DNA of 64,000 nucleotides from Terriglobia bacterium. GTDB taxonomy: Bacteria; Acidobacteriota; Terriglobia; JAJPHL01; JAPKYU01. The notes beneath the pieces were generated by a model. That model was not told the DNA's origin and did not search any database. It saw only the letters and a list, made by a program, of their open reading frames with translations. A program made the translations under genes and the position numbers. The stretch covers positions 1,568,001 through 1,632,000 of the forward strand of contig CBDBKE010000004.1 in assembly GCA_965206645.1 (NCBI GenBank). Direction: 5' to 3'. Positions 51,354 through 61,254 of the stretch are shown here, piece after piece (the first letter of the stretch is position 1; each line of letters starts with the position of its first letter).

Positions 51354-53420
51354 ATGAGTTCCTTCCTGGAATATTGCTGGCTGGTCCCGCTGTTTCCGCT
51401 GCTGGGCGCGGTGCTGATGTTGTTCTTCGGGCGCGCGCTGGAACGCGCGGGCCGCCGCTCGACCATCAGCGTGCTGTGCCCGGGGCTGGTGGGCCTCTCT
51501 TTCGTTTTCGCGCTGGGCGCGGTGCTGGAACTGGCCTCCCGGGCCGGTCACACTTTCGAGAAGACGCTTTTCACCTGGATCGCCGGGTTACCCTTCCACA
51601 TGGCGAACGGCCAGATCGCTCGGTTCGAGGCCGCCTGGGGCGTGCTGCTGGATCCGCTCTCGTCGGTGATGGTGCTGGCAGTCAGCTTCGTCGGCTTTCT
51701 GATCCACGTCTACTCGGTCGGCTACATGGCCCATGAAGGCGGCTATTACCGCTACTTCGGCTACCTGAACCTGTTCATGTTCGCCATGTTGACGCTGGTC
51801 CTGGCCAACAACTACGCCTTGATGTTCGTGGGCTGGGAAGGCGTGGGGTTGTGCTCGTACCTGCTGATCGGCTTCTGGTTTCAGCGGAAGTCAGCGTCGG
51901 ATGCGGGCAAGAAGGCGTTCGTGGTGAACCGGGTCGGCGACGCGGCGTTTCTGCTGGGGATGCTGTTGACCTTTGCCACTTTCGGGACGGTGGCGTTCAG
52001 TCAGGTGAATGAAGCGGCGCGCAGCGGTTTGTTCTCGGTGGGCGATGCTACGATCACCGCCATCACCCTGCTGTTCTTTGTGGGGGCGGCCGGCAAGTCG
52101 GCCCAGATTCCACTCTACACCTGGCTTCCCGATGCGATGGAAGGCCCCACGCCGGTCAGCGCTCTGATTCACGCGGCCACCATGGTGACGGCCGGCGTTT
52201 ACATGGTGGCGCGCTCCAGCCCCCTGTACTTGCTGGCGCCGACCAGCATGAAGACGGTGGCGGTGGTCGGCGCGCTTACGGCGATCTTCGCTGCTTCGAT
52301 CGGACTGGTGCAGAACGACATCAAGCGCGTGCTGGCCTACTCCACCGTCAGCCAGCTCGGCTACATGTTCATGGCCTGCGGGGTGGGAGCTTTTGGCGCC
52401 GGCATCTTCCACCTTTCCACGCATGCCTACTTCAAGGCGCTGCTGTTTCTCGGCGCCGGTAGCGTGATCCACGCCCTTTCGGGCGAGCAGGACCTGCGCA
52501 AGATGGGTGCGTTGAAGGACAAGATTCCCTGGACCTTCCGCTTCTTTGCGGTGGCTGCGCTCGCGATCATCGGGATTCCGCCGCTGGCCGGATTTTTCAG
52601 CAAGGATGAGATTCTGTGGGGGGCTTGGTCGAACGCCCAGTACGGCTCGAAAGCCCTGTGGCTGGTCGGATTCCTGACGGCGGGGATGACCGCGTTCTAC
52701 ATGTGGCGGCTGGTCTTCCTGACCTTCTGGGGCCGCTCGCGCGTGGACCACCAGGTGGAGGAGCACATCCATGAATCGCCGCGGGTGATGCTGGTGCCGC
52801 TGGGGGTGCTGGCGGTGCTGTCAGTGGTCGGCGGCTGGATCGGCTGGCCGGCGAGCCTGGGCGGGTCGAACTGGTTGGAGCACTGGCTGGCGCCGGCGTT
52901 CCGGAACTCGGCGGCTGTTCGAGCCGTGGCAGCTCCGGAAGCGCATCATGATCCGTTTGAATACGTCCTGATGCTCCTGGCGATCGGGCTGGCGGGAGCG
53001 GGCGTGTATGTGGCCTATCAGCTGTACCACCGCCGACCGGAGCGCGCCGATCAACTTCAGGCGCAGTTTCGCCCGGCCTACAACGTGCTTTTGAACAAGT
53101 ACTACGTGGATGAGCTCTACAGCGCCGTGTTTGTCGAGGGACCAGTGCTCGGCAAAAAGATGGGCGCAGCGATGTCCACCTTTGACGAACGCGTCGTCGA
53201 CGGCGGGGTCAACGGCGCCGGCTGGCTGACCCGCTTCATCAGCACGCTTTCGATCTGGTGGGACACCTGGGTGGTGGACGGCGCGGTCAACCTGGTGGCT
53301 TTCACCACTAAGGTGGCCTCGTTCCCGATGCGGTTGATCCAGACCGGCTTTGTGCAGAGTTACGCCCTGCTAATGGTGCTGGGCGTGCTGACTTTTTTGG
53401 GGTATTACCTGTTCCGGTAG
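51354..53420 (+). CDS. nuoL: NADH-quinone oxidoreductase subunit L
   Basis: WLPDAMEGPTPVSALIHAATMV motif. Confidence 0.97.
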   Translation: MSSFLEYCWLVPLFPLLGAVLMLFFGRALERAGRRSTISVLCPGLVGLSFVFALGAVLELASRAGHTFEKTLFTWIAGLPFHMANGQIARFEAAWGVLLDPLSSVMVLAVSFVGFLIHVYSVGYMAHEGGYYRYFGYLNLFMFAMLTLVLANNYALMFVGWEGVGLCSYLLIGFWFQRKSASDAGKKAFVVNRVGDAAFLLGMLLTFATFGTVAFSQVNEAARSGLFSVGDATITAITLLFFVGAAGKSAQIPLYTWLPDAMEGPTPVSALIHAATMVTAGVYMVARSSPLYLLAPTSMKTVAVVGALTAIFAASIGLVQNDIKRVLAYSTVSQLGYMFMACGVGAFGAGIFHLSTHAYFKALLFLGAGSVIHALSGEQDLRKMGALKDKIPWTFRFFAVAALAIIGIPPLAGFFSKDEILWGAWSNAQYGSKALWLVGFLTAGMTAFYMWRLVFLTFWGRSRVDHQVEEHIHESPRVMLVPLGVLAVLSVVGGWIGWPASLGGSNWLEHWLAPAFRNSAAVRAVAAPEAHHDPFEYVLMLLAIGLAGAGVYVAYQLYHRRPERADQLQAQFRPAYNVLLNKYYVDELYSAVFVEGPVLGKKMGAAMSTFDERVVDGGVNGAGWLTRFISTLSIWWDTWVVDGAVNLVAFTTKVASFPMRLIQTGFVQSYALLMVLGVLTFLGYYLFR

Positions 53421-53468
53421 TGGCTGGCTTGCGCAGCCCAGAAGGGGCGGCGCGGGGTGTGAGAAAAC

Positions 53469-55112
53469 ATGGAATTTTTCTACCGCAACATCCTGACGAT
53501 TACGCTGTTCACCCCGCTGGTGGGCGCCTTGGTGATCATGCTGCTGCCCAAGGAGGGCAAGGACACCATCCGCTGGGTGGGAAACGTTTTCGCGTTCCTG
53601 GGCTTTCTGATTTCGCTGGCGCTGATCTTCTGGTTCGACGCCGACCAGGGCGGCTTCCAGTTCGTCAAGCAGGTTGAGTGGATCCCCACAATCGGCGCCC
53701 AATATCATCTGGGGATTGACGGCATCAGCCTGCTGATGGTGCTGCTGACCACGTTGCTGGGCTTCCTCTCCATCCTTTCCTCCTGGACAGCGATTGGGGA
53801 GCGGGTCAAGGAATACTACGCCTTCTTCCTGATTCTGCAGACCGGGATGCTGGGCGTGTTCATGTCGCTGGACTTCTTCTTGTTCTACGTCTTCTGGGAA
53901 GTGATGCTGGTGCCGATGTACTTCCTGATCGGCATTTGGGGCAGCCCGGGACCGCGACGGTTGTATGCCGCCATCAAGTTCTTCCTCTTCACCCTGTTCG
54001 GCTCGGTGCTGCTGCTGCTGGGCATTCTGGCGCTCTATTCCGGCTATTACGAAGAGTTCGGTTCCCGCACCTTTGACATCACCCGGTTGATGGACTTGAA
54101 CCTGCCGCTCAAGACCCAGATCGCGATCTTCGTATTGTTCGGCGTCGGCTTCGCTATCAAGGTGCCGATGTTCCTCCTCCACACCTGGCTACCGGACGCG
54201 CACACCGAGGCGCCCACGGCCGGCTCGGTGATCCTGGCCGGCGTCCTGCTGAAGATGGGCACCTACGGGTTCGTCCGCTTCTCGCTGCCGCTGCTGCCCG
54301 ACGCCTCGGCCGACGCCTGGGTCGTTGGAGTGATGGTAGTGTTCTCGATTATCGCCATTATCTACGGCGCGCTGGTCAGCCTGATGCAGAAGGACTGGAA
54401 GAGGCTGGTGGCCTACAGCTCGGTCAGCCACCTGGGGTTCTGCACGCTGGGTTTGTTCGCGCTCAATCCCAACGGCATCGCCGGCAGCATCCTGCAGCAG
54501 ATCAACCATGGCATCACCACCGGCGCACTGTTCTTGATCGTGGGCATTGTGTATGAGCGGCGGCACACGCGCGAGATCTCCGAGTATGGCGGGCTCTCCA
54601 GCGTCATGCCCGTTCATGCCACCATCTTCATGATTATCACCATGGCCTCGATCGGGGTGCCGGGGCTGAACGGGTTCATCGGCGAGTTCACCATTTTGCA
54701 GGGGGTCTTCGAGGTGAGCTGGATATGGGCCGCGTTCGCGGTGCTCGGCATCGTGCTCGGCGCTGCTTACATGCTCTGGCTCTACCAGCGCACTATGTTC
54801 GGGCCCGTCACCAACGCGAAGAACGAAAAGCTACCGGACCTGAACGTGCGCGAACTGGTCACCTTGGTGCCGCTGGTCATCCTGGCGTTCTGGATCGGGC
54901 TGTATCCCAAGCCCTACTTCCGGATTCTGGAAAAGCCGGTGGCCCAGATCGTGGAACGTGTGCGGCCGGGCTATTACGCCCAGCGGGGGATTCCGTCGCC
55001 GTTGGAGGGAGTGCCGGCTGGGCAGTCCGGGGGCACAGCAGTCGCGGAAACTGCGGGCGCCAGCGCGCCGCCCAGCGTGCCGTTCAACGTACCGCCCAAC
55101 GTGCCGGAATGA
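53469..55112 (+). CDS. nuoM: NADH-quinone oxidoreductase subunit M
   Basis: HTWLPDAHTEAPTAGSVILAGVLLKMG motif. Confidence 0.97.
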   Translation: MEFFYRNILTITLFTPLVGALVIMLLPKEGKDTIRWVGNVFAFLGFLISLALIFWFDADQGGFQFVKQVEWIPTIGAQYHLGIDGISLLMVLLTTLLGFLSILSSWTAIGERVKEYYAFFLILQTGMLGVFMSLDFFLFYVFWEVMLVPMYFLIGIWGSPGPRRLYAAIKFFLFTLFGSVLLLLGILALYSGYYEEFGSRTFDITRLMDLNLPLKTQIAIFVLFGVGFAIKVPMFLLHTWLPDAHTEAPTAGSVILAGVLLKMGTYGFVRFSLPLLPDASADAWVVGVMVVFSIIAIIYGALVSLMQKDWKRLVAYSSVSHLGFCTLGLFALNPNGIAGSILQQINHGITTGALFLIVGIVYERRHTREISEYGGLSSVMPVHATIFMIITMASIGVPGLNGFIGEFTILQGVFEVSWIWAAFAVLGIVLGAAYMLWLYQRTMFGPVTNAKNEKLPDLNVRELVTLVPLVILAFWIGLYPKPYFRILEKPVAQIVERVRPGYYAQRGIPSPLEGVPAGQSGGTAVAETAGASAPPSVPFNVPPNVPE

Positions 55113-55208
55113 GCTGGCAGCGTGCGGTTGGCGGCCGCCGGGGCAGACGGCGATCCGTGTGGACTGGATCCCGTAAGGACTGGGCCGCGTGTGACTGGAC
55201 ATAGTTGA

Positions 55209-56693
55209 ATGTTCAACGAGTACTTTACGCCGACAGATTTCTTCCTGGTCAAGCCGGCCATCTTGCTGGCGCTGTTCGGCTGCGGCATCCTGCTGACCGA
55301 TTTTCTCCACGCGCCCCGCTACAAGTACCTGAACGCGGTCACCGCACTTCTAGGTCTAGGCTTTACCGGCTTCCAGCTCGTTCTCATCCAGCGCGCCATG
55401 TCCCGGGAGGGGTACATCGAGATCAGCGGTTTTCAGGGGGCGCTGGTGATGGACGGTTTCGCACTGTTCTTCTGCTGGGTGTTTCTGATCGCCACAGCAA
55501 TCGCCATCCTGTTTTCCATCCGCTACCTGGAGATCGAGGGCGAACACCACGGAGAATACTACGCGCTGATGCTGTTCAGCCTGGTCGGCATGTATTTCCT
55601 GGCGACGGGAATGGATCTGATCACCCTGTTCATCGGCCTGGAGACTATGGCGCTTTCGGTCTATGTGCTGGCCGGCTTCCTGCGGGGCGACCGCCGCTCG
55701 AACGAAGCAGCGCTGAAGTACTTCCTGCTGGGGGCGTTTTCCAGCGGCATCCTGGCCTTCGGCTTTTCGCTGCTCTACGGGATGTCAGGCTCGACGAGGC
55801 TCACGGAGATTGCTGAGGCGCTGGCCCGCCGGCCCGAAGGCGACCCGGTGGTGTACATGGCGTTGATCACCACCGCCACCGGACTGTTGTTCAAGGTGGC
55901 CGCCGTGCCGTTCCACCAGTGGGCTCCGGACGTCTACGAAGGCGCGCCCACCTCGATCACTGGTTTCATGTCTACTGCCCCCAAGGCCGCCGCGTTCGCC
56001 TTGCTGCTGCGCGTGTTTCTGGTGCCTTTCGCGTCCGTCCGTCCGGCCTGGGAAGGCATGCTGGTCGTGGTCTGCGTGCTGACGATGACCCTGGGAAACC
56101 TGTCAGCCATTAGCCAGAACAACACCAAGCGCCTGTTTGCCTACTCCTCCATCTCGCACGTGGGCTACATCCTGCTGGGCCTGGTGGCGGGCAATGAGAC
56201 GGGCATGAAGGGGATTCTCGTCTACATCCTGGTCTACGCCCTCATGAACCTGGGCGCCTTCACCGTGCTGGTGACGCTGCGGCGCAAGGACATCATCGGC
56301 GACGAAATCAAAGACCTCTCCGGGTTGTACTTCACCAATCCTGGCTCGGCGCTCATGATGCTGATTTTCCTGCTGTCACTGGCCGGCATTCCGCCCACCG
56401 CCGGCTTCCTGGGAAAGTACTTCATCTTTCTTGCGCTGATTGAGACCGGGCACTACGTGTTGGCCGTGTTCGCCGTGCTCTATGTGGCCGTGGCGCTCTA
56501 CTACTACTTCCGCCTGGTGGTGATGATGTTCATGCGCGAAGCGGCGGACGTGGAGCGCCCCAGCATTTCTCCCGGCGTGGGCGTGGCGCTGGCGGTGACC
56601 CTGGTCATGACTCTGGTGATCGGCATCTACCCCGAGCCTTTGTTGGAACCGTACATCCGGATGGCGAGCGAGGCGGTGCTGTTGCCGCGGTAA
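55209..56693 (+). CDS. nuoN: NADH-quinone oxidoreductase subunit N
   Basis: EAALKYF and PFHQWAPDVYEGAP motifs. Confidence 0.97.
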   Translation: MFNEYFTPTDFFLVKPAILLALFGCGILLTDFLHAPRYKYLNAVTALLGLGFTGFQLVLIQRAMSREGYIEISGFQGALVMDGFALFFCWVFLIATAIAILFSIRYLEIEGEHHGEYYALMLFSLVGMYFLATGMDLITLFIGLETMALSVYVLAGFLRGDRRSNEAALKYFLLGAFSSGILAFGFSLLYGMSGSTRLTEIAEALARRPEGDPVVYMALITTATGLLFKVAAVPFHQWAPDVYEGAPTSITGFMSTAPKAAAFALLLRVFLVPFASVRPAWEGMLVVVCVLTMTLGNLSAISQNNTKRLFAYSSISHVGYILLGLVAGNETGMKGILVYILVYALMNLGAFTVLVTLRRKDIIGDEIKDLSGLYFTNPGSALMMLIFLLSLAGIPPTAGFLGKYFIFLALIETGHYVLAVFAVLYVAVALYYYFRLVVMMFMREAADVERPSISPGVGVALAVTLVMTLVIGIYPEPLLEPYIRMASEAVLLPR

Positions 56694-56697
56694 TAAG

Positions 56698-56922
56698 GTG
56701 TCGGAAGAAAAGGAACCCGGTGCGTCCAGGAGCTGGAAGCAGGTCAGCCGGTATCTGGAAGTCGGCATCATGTTTCCGGCCTCGACGGTCGCGGGGTTGC
56801 TGGTCGGCTACGGTCTGGATCGCCTGTTCGGAACCCATTTTCTCTATTGGGTGTTCATGCTGGTGGGCATCGTCAGCGCCTTTGTGCAGCTGGTGCGACT
56901 CACGGGCAAATTGAATCATTGA
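56698..56922 (+). CDS. AtpZ/AtpI family protein
   Basis: Two TM helices with GYGLDRLFGT. Confidence 0.8.
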   Translation: MSEEKEPGASRSWKQVSRYLEVGIMFPASTVAGLLVGYGLDRLFGTHFLYWVFMLVGIVSAFVQLVRLTGKLNH

Positions 56923-56944
56923 CCGAATGAGTGAATGACTGCTA

Positions 56945-57403
56945 ATGAATGCCGAGGAGCAGTTCGTCGCCGCGGCCGTGCGCCGGATGTACCGCTGGAT
57001 GGGCGTTTGCGCGGTTGCCGTTACCCTGGCGGTGCTGGTGTGGAAGGGACCCTGGTACGGGGGAGGGTTCGCCGTCGGCGCGGCCCTGTCCATCCTGAAT
57101 TTCCATTGGATGAAAGGGGGCGTGGACCAGCTGGCCGCCTACTTCCAACCGACCACCGTACCGCCATCGGCAACCGCAGCTGTCCAGCCCGCGGGGCCGG
57201 CGCGCCGGCCCGGGCGCGCGGCTCCGGTGGTTAAGTTTGTGCTGCGTTACGCGTTGCTGATTGCGGTTGGCTATGCTATATTCCGCACTTCCATCTTGAG
57301 CCTGACCGCATTCTTGGCGGGCTTGTTTGTCTTTGTCGCCGGCGTCCTGGCGGAAATGATCTACGAACTGGCGACCGGAACGGGGGCCGGAACCTCGACC
57401 TAA
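56945..57403 (+). CDS. atpI: ATP synthase subunit I
   Basis: Four-TM protein directly before atpB. Confidence 0.75.
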   Translation: MNAEEQFVAAAVRRMYRWMGVCAVAVTLAVLVWKGPWYGGGFAVGAALSILNFHWMKGGVDQLAAYFQPTTVPPSATAAVQPAGPARRPGRAAPVVKFVLRYALLIAVGYAIFRTSILSLTAFLAGLFVFVAGVLAEMIYELATGTGAGTST

Positions 57404-57408
57404 AGCAA

Positions 57409-58152
57409 ATGCATCCGGAAGAAACCCTGTGGTTCACCAAGTTGCTCAATTACCTGTTTGCCGGTCCGGTCAACCGGTTCCTGGAGGCACTTGGCATCCA
57501 CCCGCACAATCCCGCCGAGCCGATTCCCGACTACATGGCCATGCAGGTCCTGGTGGCGCTGGTCCTGGTGACCCTGGTCCTGTTCCTGCGCCTGCGGCTG
57601 TCGCTGGATCGTCCGGGGAAACTCCAGCACATTCTGGAAGCGGGCTACGGGTTTATCCGCAGCCAGGCGGAGGAAATTATCGGCCATCACGGGCACCGCT
57701 TCGTGCCCATGGTGCTGACGCTGGGCCTGTTCATCCTGTTCTGCAATCTCGTCGGCCTGATTCCCACCTTTGGGGCTGCCACGAGCCACATCGAAGTGAC
57801 GGTGGGCTGCGCCATGTTGGCTTTCATTTACTATCACTACGCAGGTGTGCGGCAGCAAGGCCTGTCCAAATACCTGAAGCATTTCACCGGCCCCATGTTG
57901 GTGCTCGCGCCGCTGATGATTATCGTTGAATTCTTTAGCCACCTGGCGCGTCCGCTCTCCCTGGCAGTACGTCTGTATGCCAACATTTTCGCGGGCCATA
58001 CGGTTGCGGCGATTTTCTTCAAGTTGAGTTGGGGGATCGTCGTCCCGATGGTTTTCTATGGGTTGGACACCTTCGTCTCGTTCCTGCAGGCTTATATTTT
58101 CATGCTTCTGACCATGGTGTACCTGTCTGGAGCTGTGGCCGAAGAGCACTAA
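57409..58152 (+). CDS. atpB: F0F1 ATP synthase subunit a
   Basis: RPLSLAVRLYANIFAGH and LQAYIF motifs. Confidence 0.95.
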   Translation: MHPEETLWFTKLLNYLFAGPVNRFLEALGIHPHNPAEPIPDYMAMQVLVALVLVTLVLFLRLRLSLDRPGKLQHILEAGYGFIRSQAEEIIGHHGHRFVPMVLTLGLFILFCNLVGLIPTFGAATSHIEVTVGCAMLAFIYYHYAGVRQQGLSKYLKHFTGPMLVLAPLMIIVEFFSHLARPLSLAVRLYANIFAGHTVAAIFFKLSWGIVVPMVFYGLDTFVSFLQAYIFMLLTMVYLSGAVAEEH

Positions 58153-58275
58153 GAACAGGTTTCAGGTGTCTGCGGAAGCGATGAAAAGTTTTCCTGACAC
58201 CTGGTTTTGCCTCCCCGGTGTGAGCCCGGCTGCACGAGGGATGTCCGGGAACCACCTCCCGGGGAGAATTCATAC

Positions 58276-58323
58276 GTAGCGGTCGGCTTTAGCCGGCCAT
58301 GGCGCCCTGAAAGGCGCGGCTAC
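58276..58323. repeat. GTAG-type REP-like palindromic element
   Basis: GTAGCG...GGCTTTAGCC...GCGCCCTGAAAGGCGCGGCTAC. Confidence 0.45.
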
Positions 58324-58337
58324 AAAAGGAGACGCAA

Positions 58338-58652
58338 GTGAAACGCAAACTCAGTTTTCTTTTCCTGGGGATGGTGCTCTTTCTGGTGGCCACCCCGGCG
58401 TTTGCTCAAGGGCCGGGGTCCGGCCAGGACAACGTCAAGTGGGTCATCATTACCTCGGGCTTCGCTATGGCCATCGCCTCGGGGGTCTGCGGCCTGGCGC
58501 AGGGGCGGGCCACTGCAGCCGCCGCCGAGGGCATGGCTCGCAATCCCAGTGCCACCGCGGCCATCCGCTTCGCGCTGATCCTAGGGTTGGCGTTGATCGA
58601 GTCGCTGGCGCTGTACACCTTCGTGATCATCTTCATTAAGGTCTCGACCTAA
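58338..58652 (+). CDS. atpE: F0F1 ATP synthase subunit c with signal-peptide-like extension
   Basis: GMARNP loop, IESLALY and AGGAG RBS. Confidence 0.93.
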   Translation: MKRKLSFLFLGMVLFLVATPAFAQGPGSGQDNVKWVIITSGFAMAIASGVCGLAQGRATAAAAEGMARNPSATAAIRFALILGLALIESLALYTFVIIFIKVST

Positions 58653-58671
58653 CAGCCTGACCGGCTGATTC

Positions 58672-58710
58672 CGCTACCGGCCAGATCGCTCCGCGATCTG
58701 GCCGGTAGCG
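58672..58710. terminator. Perfect 18-bp-stem hairpin between convergent genes
   Basis: CGCTACCGGCCAGATCGC-TCC-GCGATCTGGCCGGTAGCG. Confidence 0.65.
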
Positions 58711-58769
58711 TCAGTGCGCACCGGCAAGCGCCCCTGGACTGCTCATCGATGGCTTAGTGCTGTTGCTCC

Positions 58770-60305
58770 TTACGCAGGGAAAAAGTCCGGGGCAAGAGCG
58801 GCGGAGTGCTCACGCAGTAACTCCCATGCGGTGCGGACGTGCTCTTGGGTCGTGCGCAGGTTGCCGATGGCGAGCCGCAGGGTGAAGCGGCCGTTCAGCT
58901 CCGTGTGCGATAGGTAAACCTTTCCGCTGGCGTTCACCCTGTCCAGTAGCGCGGTGTTGAACTGATCGAGGCGGGTGTCGTCCGGCTCAACCGAGCGGGG
59001 CCGTGCGCGGAAGCAAACCACCGAGAAGGGCAGCGGCGCCAGGCGCTCGAAGCCCGGATCTTCATCCACCCAGCCGGCGAATTCCTGCGCCAGGCGGATA
59101 TGTTCGCGCAGGCGCACCCGAATCCCTTCCTGGCCGAAGTAGCGGAGCACAAACCACAGTTTGAGGGCGCGGAACCGGCGGCCGAGCTGCACGCCGTAGT
59201 CCATGTAGTTGTTGACGCACGCATCCTCTGGCGTGCGCAAGTATTCCGGGACCAGACTGAAGGCCGCCCGCAGCGTCTCCGGATGCCGGCAGTAGAAGGC
59301 GCTGCACTCGACAGGAGTGAACAGCCACTTGTGGGGGTTCAGCACCACTGAATCGGCGCGTTCCCACCCGGCCATCAGGGGACGATACTCCGGCACGATG
59401 GCGGCGGGTCCGGCGTAGGCCGCGTCTACGTGCAGCCAGAGTTTTTGGGCTGCGCAGATGTCGGCGATCGCCGGTAGGGGGTCCACACTGGTGGTGGAGG
59501 TGGTGCCGACCGTAGCCACCACGCAGAAGGGGAGCCAGCCAGCGGCGCGGTCCTCCCGTATGGCCGCCGCCAGCGCCTCCGGCCTCATGCGAAATTCCGA
59601 GTCCGCCGGGATCTTCCGCACCCCTTCATGGCCGAAGCCCAGCACAATGGCGCCCTTCTCGATGGAGGAATGCGCCTGCTCGGAGGTGTAGAGCCGAAGG
59701 CGGGGGCCGCCAGCCAGCCCGTGCTGGCGAAAGCCCAGTCCTAATGCTTCGCGTGCTGCTGCGATGGCGCGCATGCTGCTGACCGAGGCCCCCTCGGTCA
59801 GCACTCCGAAGAATTCCTCGGGTAGCCCGACCATCTTGCGAAGCCAGCTGAGAACCACTTCTTCCAGTTCGGTGGCGGCGGGGCCGGTGCGCCAGAGCAT
59901 GGCGTTGATGTTAAGCGCCTGGCTGAGCAACTCGCCCAGGATGCCAGGCCCCGAACCGGTGATGGCGAAGTAAGCAAAAAAGCCGGGGTGATTCCAGTGC
60001 GTCACGCCCGGCAGCAGCAGCCGTTCCCAATCGTCGAGCACGCTGGTGAAATCCTCGCCCGTCTCAGGCGCCACGTCCGGCAGCGCCGCCCGAAACTGGC
60101 CGGGCTCGACCTGCGGCAGGACAGAAAACCGCTCCGGGTGAGCCAGGTAGTCGGCGATCCAGTCAATCAGCCGATAGCCGTGCCGACGGAACTCCTCCGC
60201 GGGCATGTCCCCAGCCTTCCGTTCGGACGAAGTAACGGCCGGATCGGGGCCCATGCTCGTTCTGCCGGATTTCGCCTTTTTCCTTTTTCGACTTCCGCCC
60301 TTCAT
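58770..60305 (-). CDS. Group II PLP-dependent (aromatic-L-amino-acid-type) decarboxylase
   Basis: THWNHPGFFAYF, HVDAAYAG, NPHKW and GRRFRALKLW motifs; start uncertain. Confidence 0.9.
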   Translation of the reverse strand: MKGGSRKRKKAKSGRTSMGPDPAVTSSERKAGDMPAEEFRRHGYRLIDWIADYLAHPERFSVLPQVEPGQFRAALPDVAPETGEDFTSVLDDWERLLLPGVTHWNHPGFFAYFAITGSGPGILGELLSQALNINAMLWRTGPAATELEEVVLSWLRKMVGLPEEFFGVLTEGASVSSMRAIAAAREALGLGFRQHGLAGGPRLRLYTSEQAHSSIEKGAIVLGFGHEGVRKIPADSEFRMRPEALAAAIREDRAAGWLPFCVVATVGTTSTTSVDPLPAIADICAAQKLWLHVDAAYAGPAAIVPEYRPLMAGWERADSVVLNPHKWLFTPVECSAFYCRHPETLRAAFSLVPEYLRTPEDACVNNYMDYGVQLGRRFRALKLWFVLRYFGQEGIRVRLREHIRLAQEFAGWVDEDPGFERLAPLPFSVVCFRARPRSVEPDDTRLDQFNTALLDRVNASGKVYLSHTELNGRFTLRLAIGNLRTTQEHVRTAWELLREHSAALAPDFFPA

Positions 60306-60386
60306 GGCTGACCTGCCTCCCGAGGGCTAACCAGTCTCCGCCTTCAGGCAACCTTGTAGCTGGCCCCCGCTCCGGCGGGCTCCACT

Positions 60387-60434
60387 ACCCTCACCTACAC
60401 CCTCACCTACACCCTCACCTACACCCTCACCTAC
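60387..60434. repeat. 12-bp tandem repeat x4
   Basis: (ACCCTCACCTAC)4, intergenic. Confidence 0.9.
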
Positions 60435-60462
60435 AATGGTAACGCGGATTTTGGACGGAGGT

Positions 60463-61236
60463 TTACTGGAGGGGTTTCCACTTATCGGGGGCGTAGCAGA
60501 TGTTGTCGAGCGAGCATTCAGCGCAGTTCGGCCGCCGCGCCATGCAAAGCTTACGGCCGTGCCAGATGATCTGATGGCCAAACTCGATCCACTTTCGTTT
60601 CGGGATGATCTTCATCAGGTCCTGCTCAATCTTCTCGGGCGAGTTCTGTTGGGTAAAGTCGAGGCGCCGCGTGATGCGGTGGACGTGGGTGTCCACGACG
60701 ACCCCGGTGGCCTTGCCGAAGGCCGTGCCCAGCACCACATTGGCCGTCTTGCGGGCCACGCCAGGGAGAGTGAGAATCTGTTCCATAGTGTCCGGCACGC
60801 GCCCGGCAAACTCGGAGACGATTCTGCGTGCTGCTCCCACGATGGATCGGGCTTTGTTGCGGAAAAACCCGGTGGAGCGGATGTCTGGCTCCAGCTCCTC
60901 TGGCTCCAGCCGGGCGAAGGCATACACGTTGGGATACCTGCGGAACAGTTCGGGGGTCACCTGGTTGACGCGCTGGTCGGTGCACTGGGCAGAAAGGATA
61001 GTGGCCACCAGCAGTTGCCAGGCGTTGGTATGCCCCAGGGCACACTGCACATTCGGGTACAGCCGGTCCAGATCGCGCATGATCTGCGCGACGCGCTCCG
61101 GGGCGGTGCCTTTCCTGGATTTCGGATTTCGGATTTCGGATTTCCGATTGCGGGTCGAAGCCGCATTCCTCCCGGTACGCTGGACTTTCTTACCCCGCCT
61201 CTGGTTGCGTTGGGCACGGCGGCTAGCGGTTGTCAT
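60463..61236 (-). CDS. nth: Endonuclease III
   Basis: LSAQCTD, LPGVARKTA, VDTHV and C-x6-C-x2-C-x5-C motifs. Confidence 0.95.
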   Translation of the reverse strand: MTTASRRAQRNQRRGKKVQRTGRNAASTRNRKSEIRNPKSRKGTAPERVAQIMRDLDRLYPNVQCALGHTNAWQLLVATILSAQCTDQRVNQVTPELFRRYPNVYAFARLEPEELEPDIRSTGFFRNKARSIVGAARRIVSEFAGRVPDTMEQILTLPGVARKTANVVLGTAFGKATGVVVDTHVHRITRRLDFTQQNSPEKIEQDLMKIIPKRKWIEFGHQIIWHGRKLCMARRPNCAECSLDNICYAPDKWKPLQ

Positions 61237-61254
61237 AGGCGGGCCGCAATCCCC

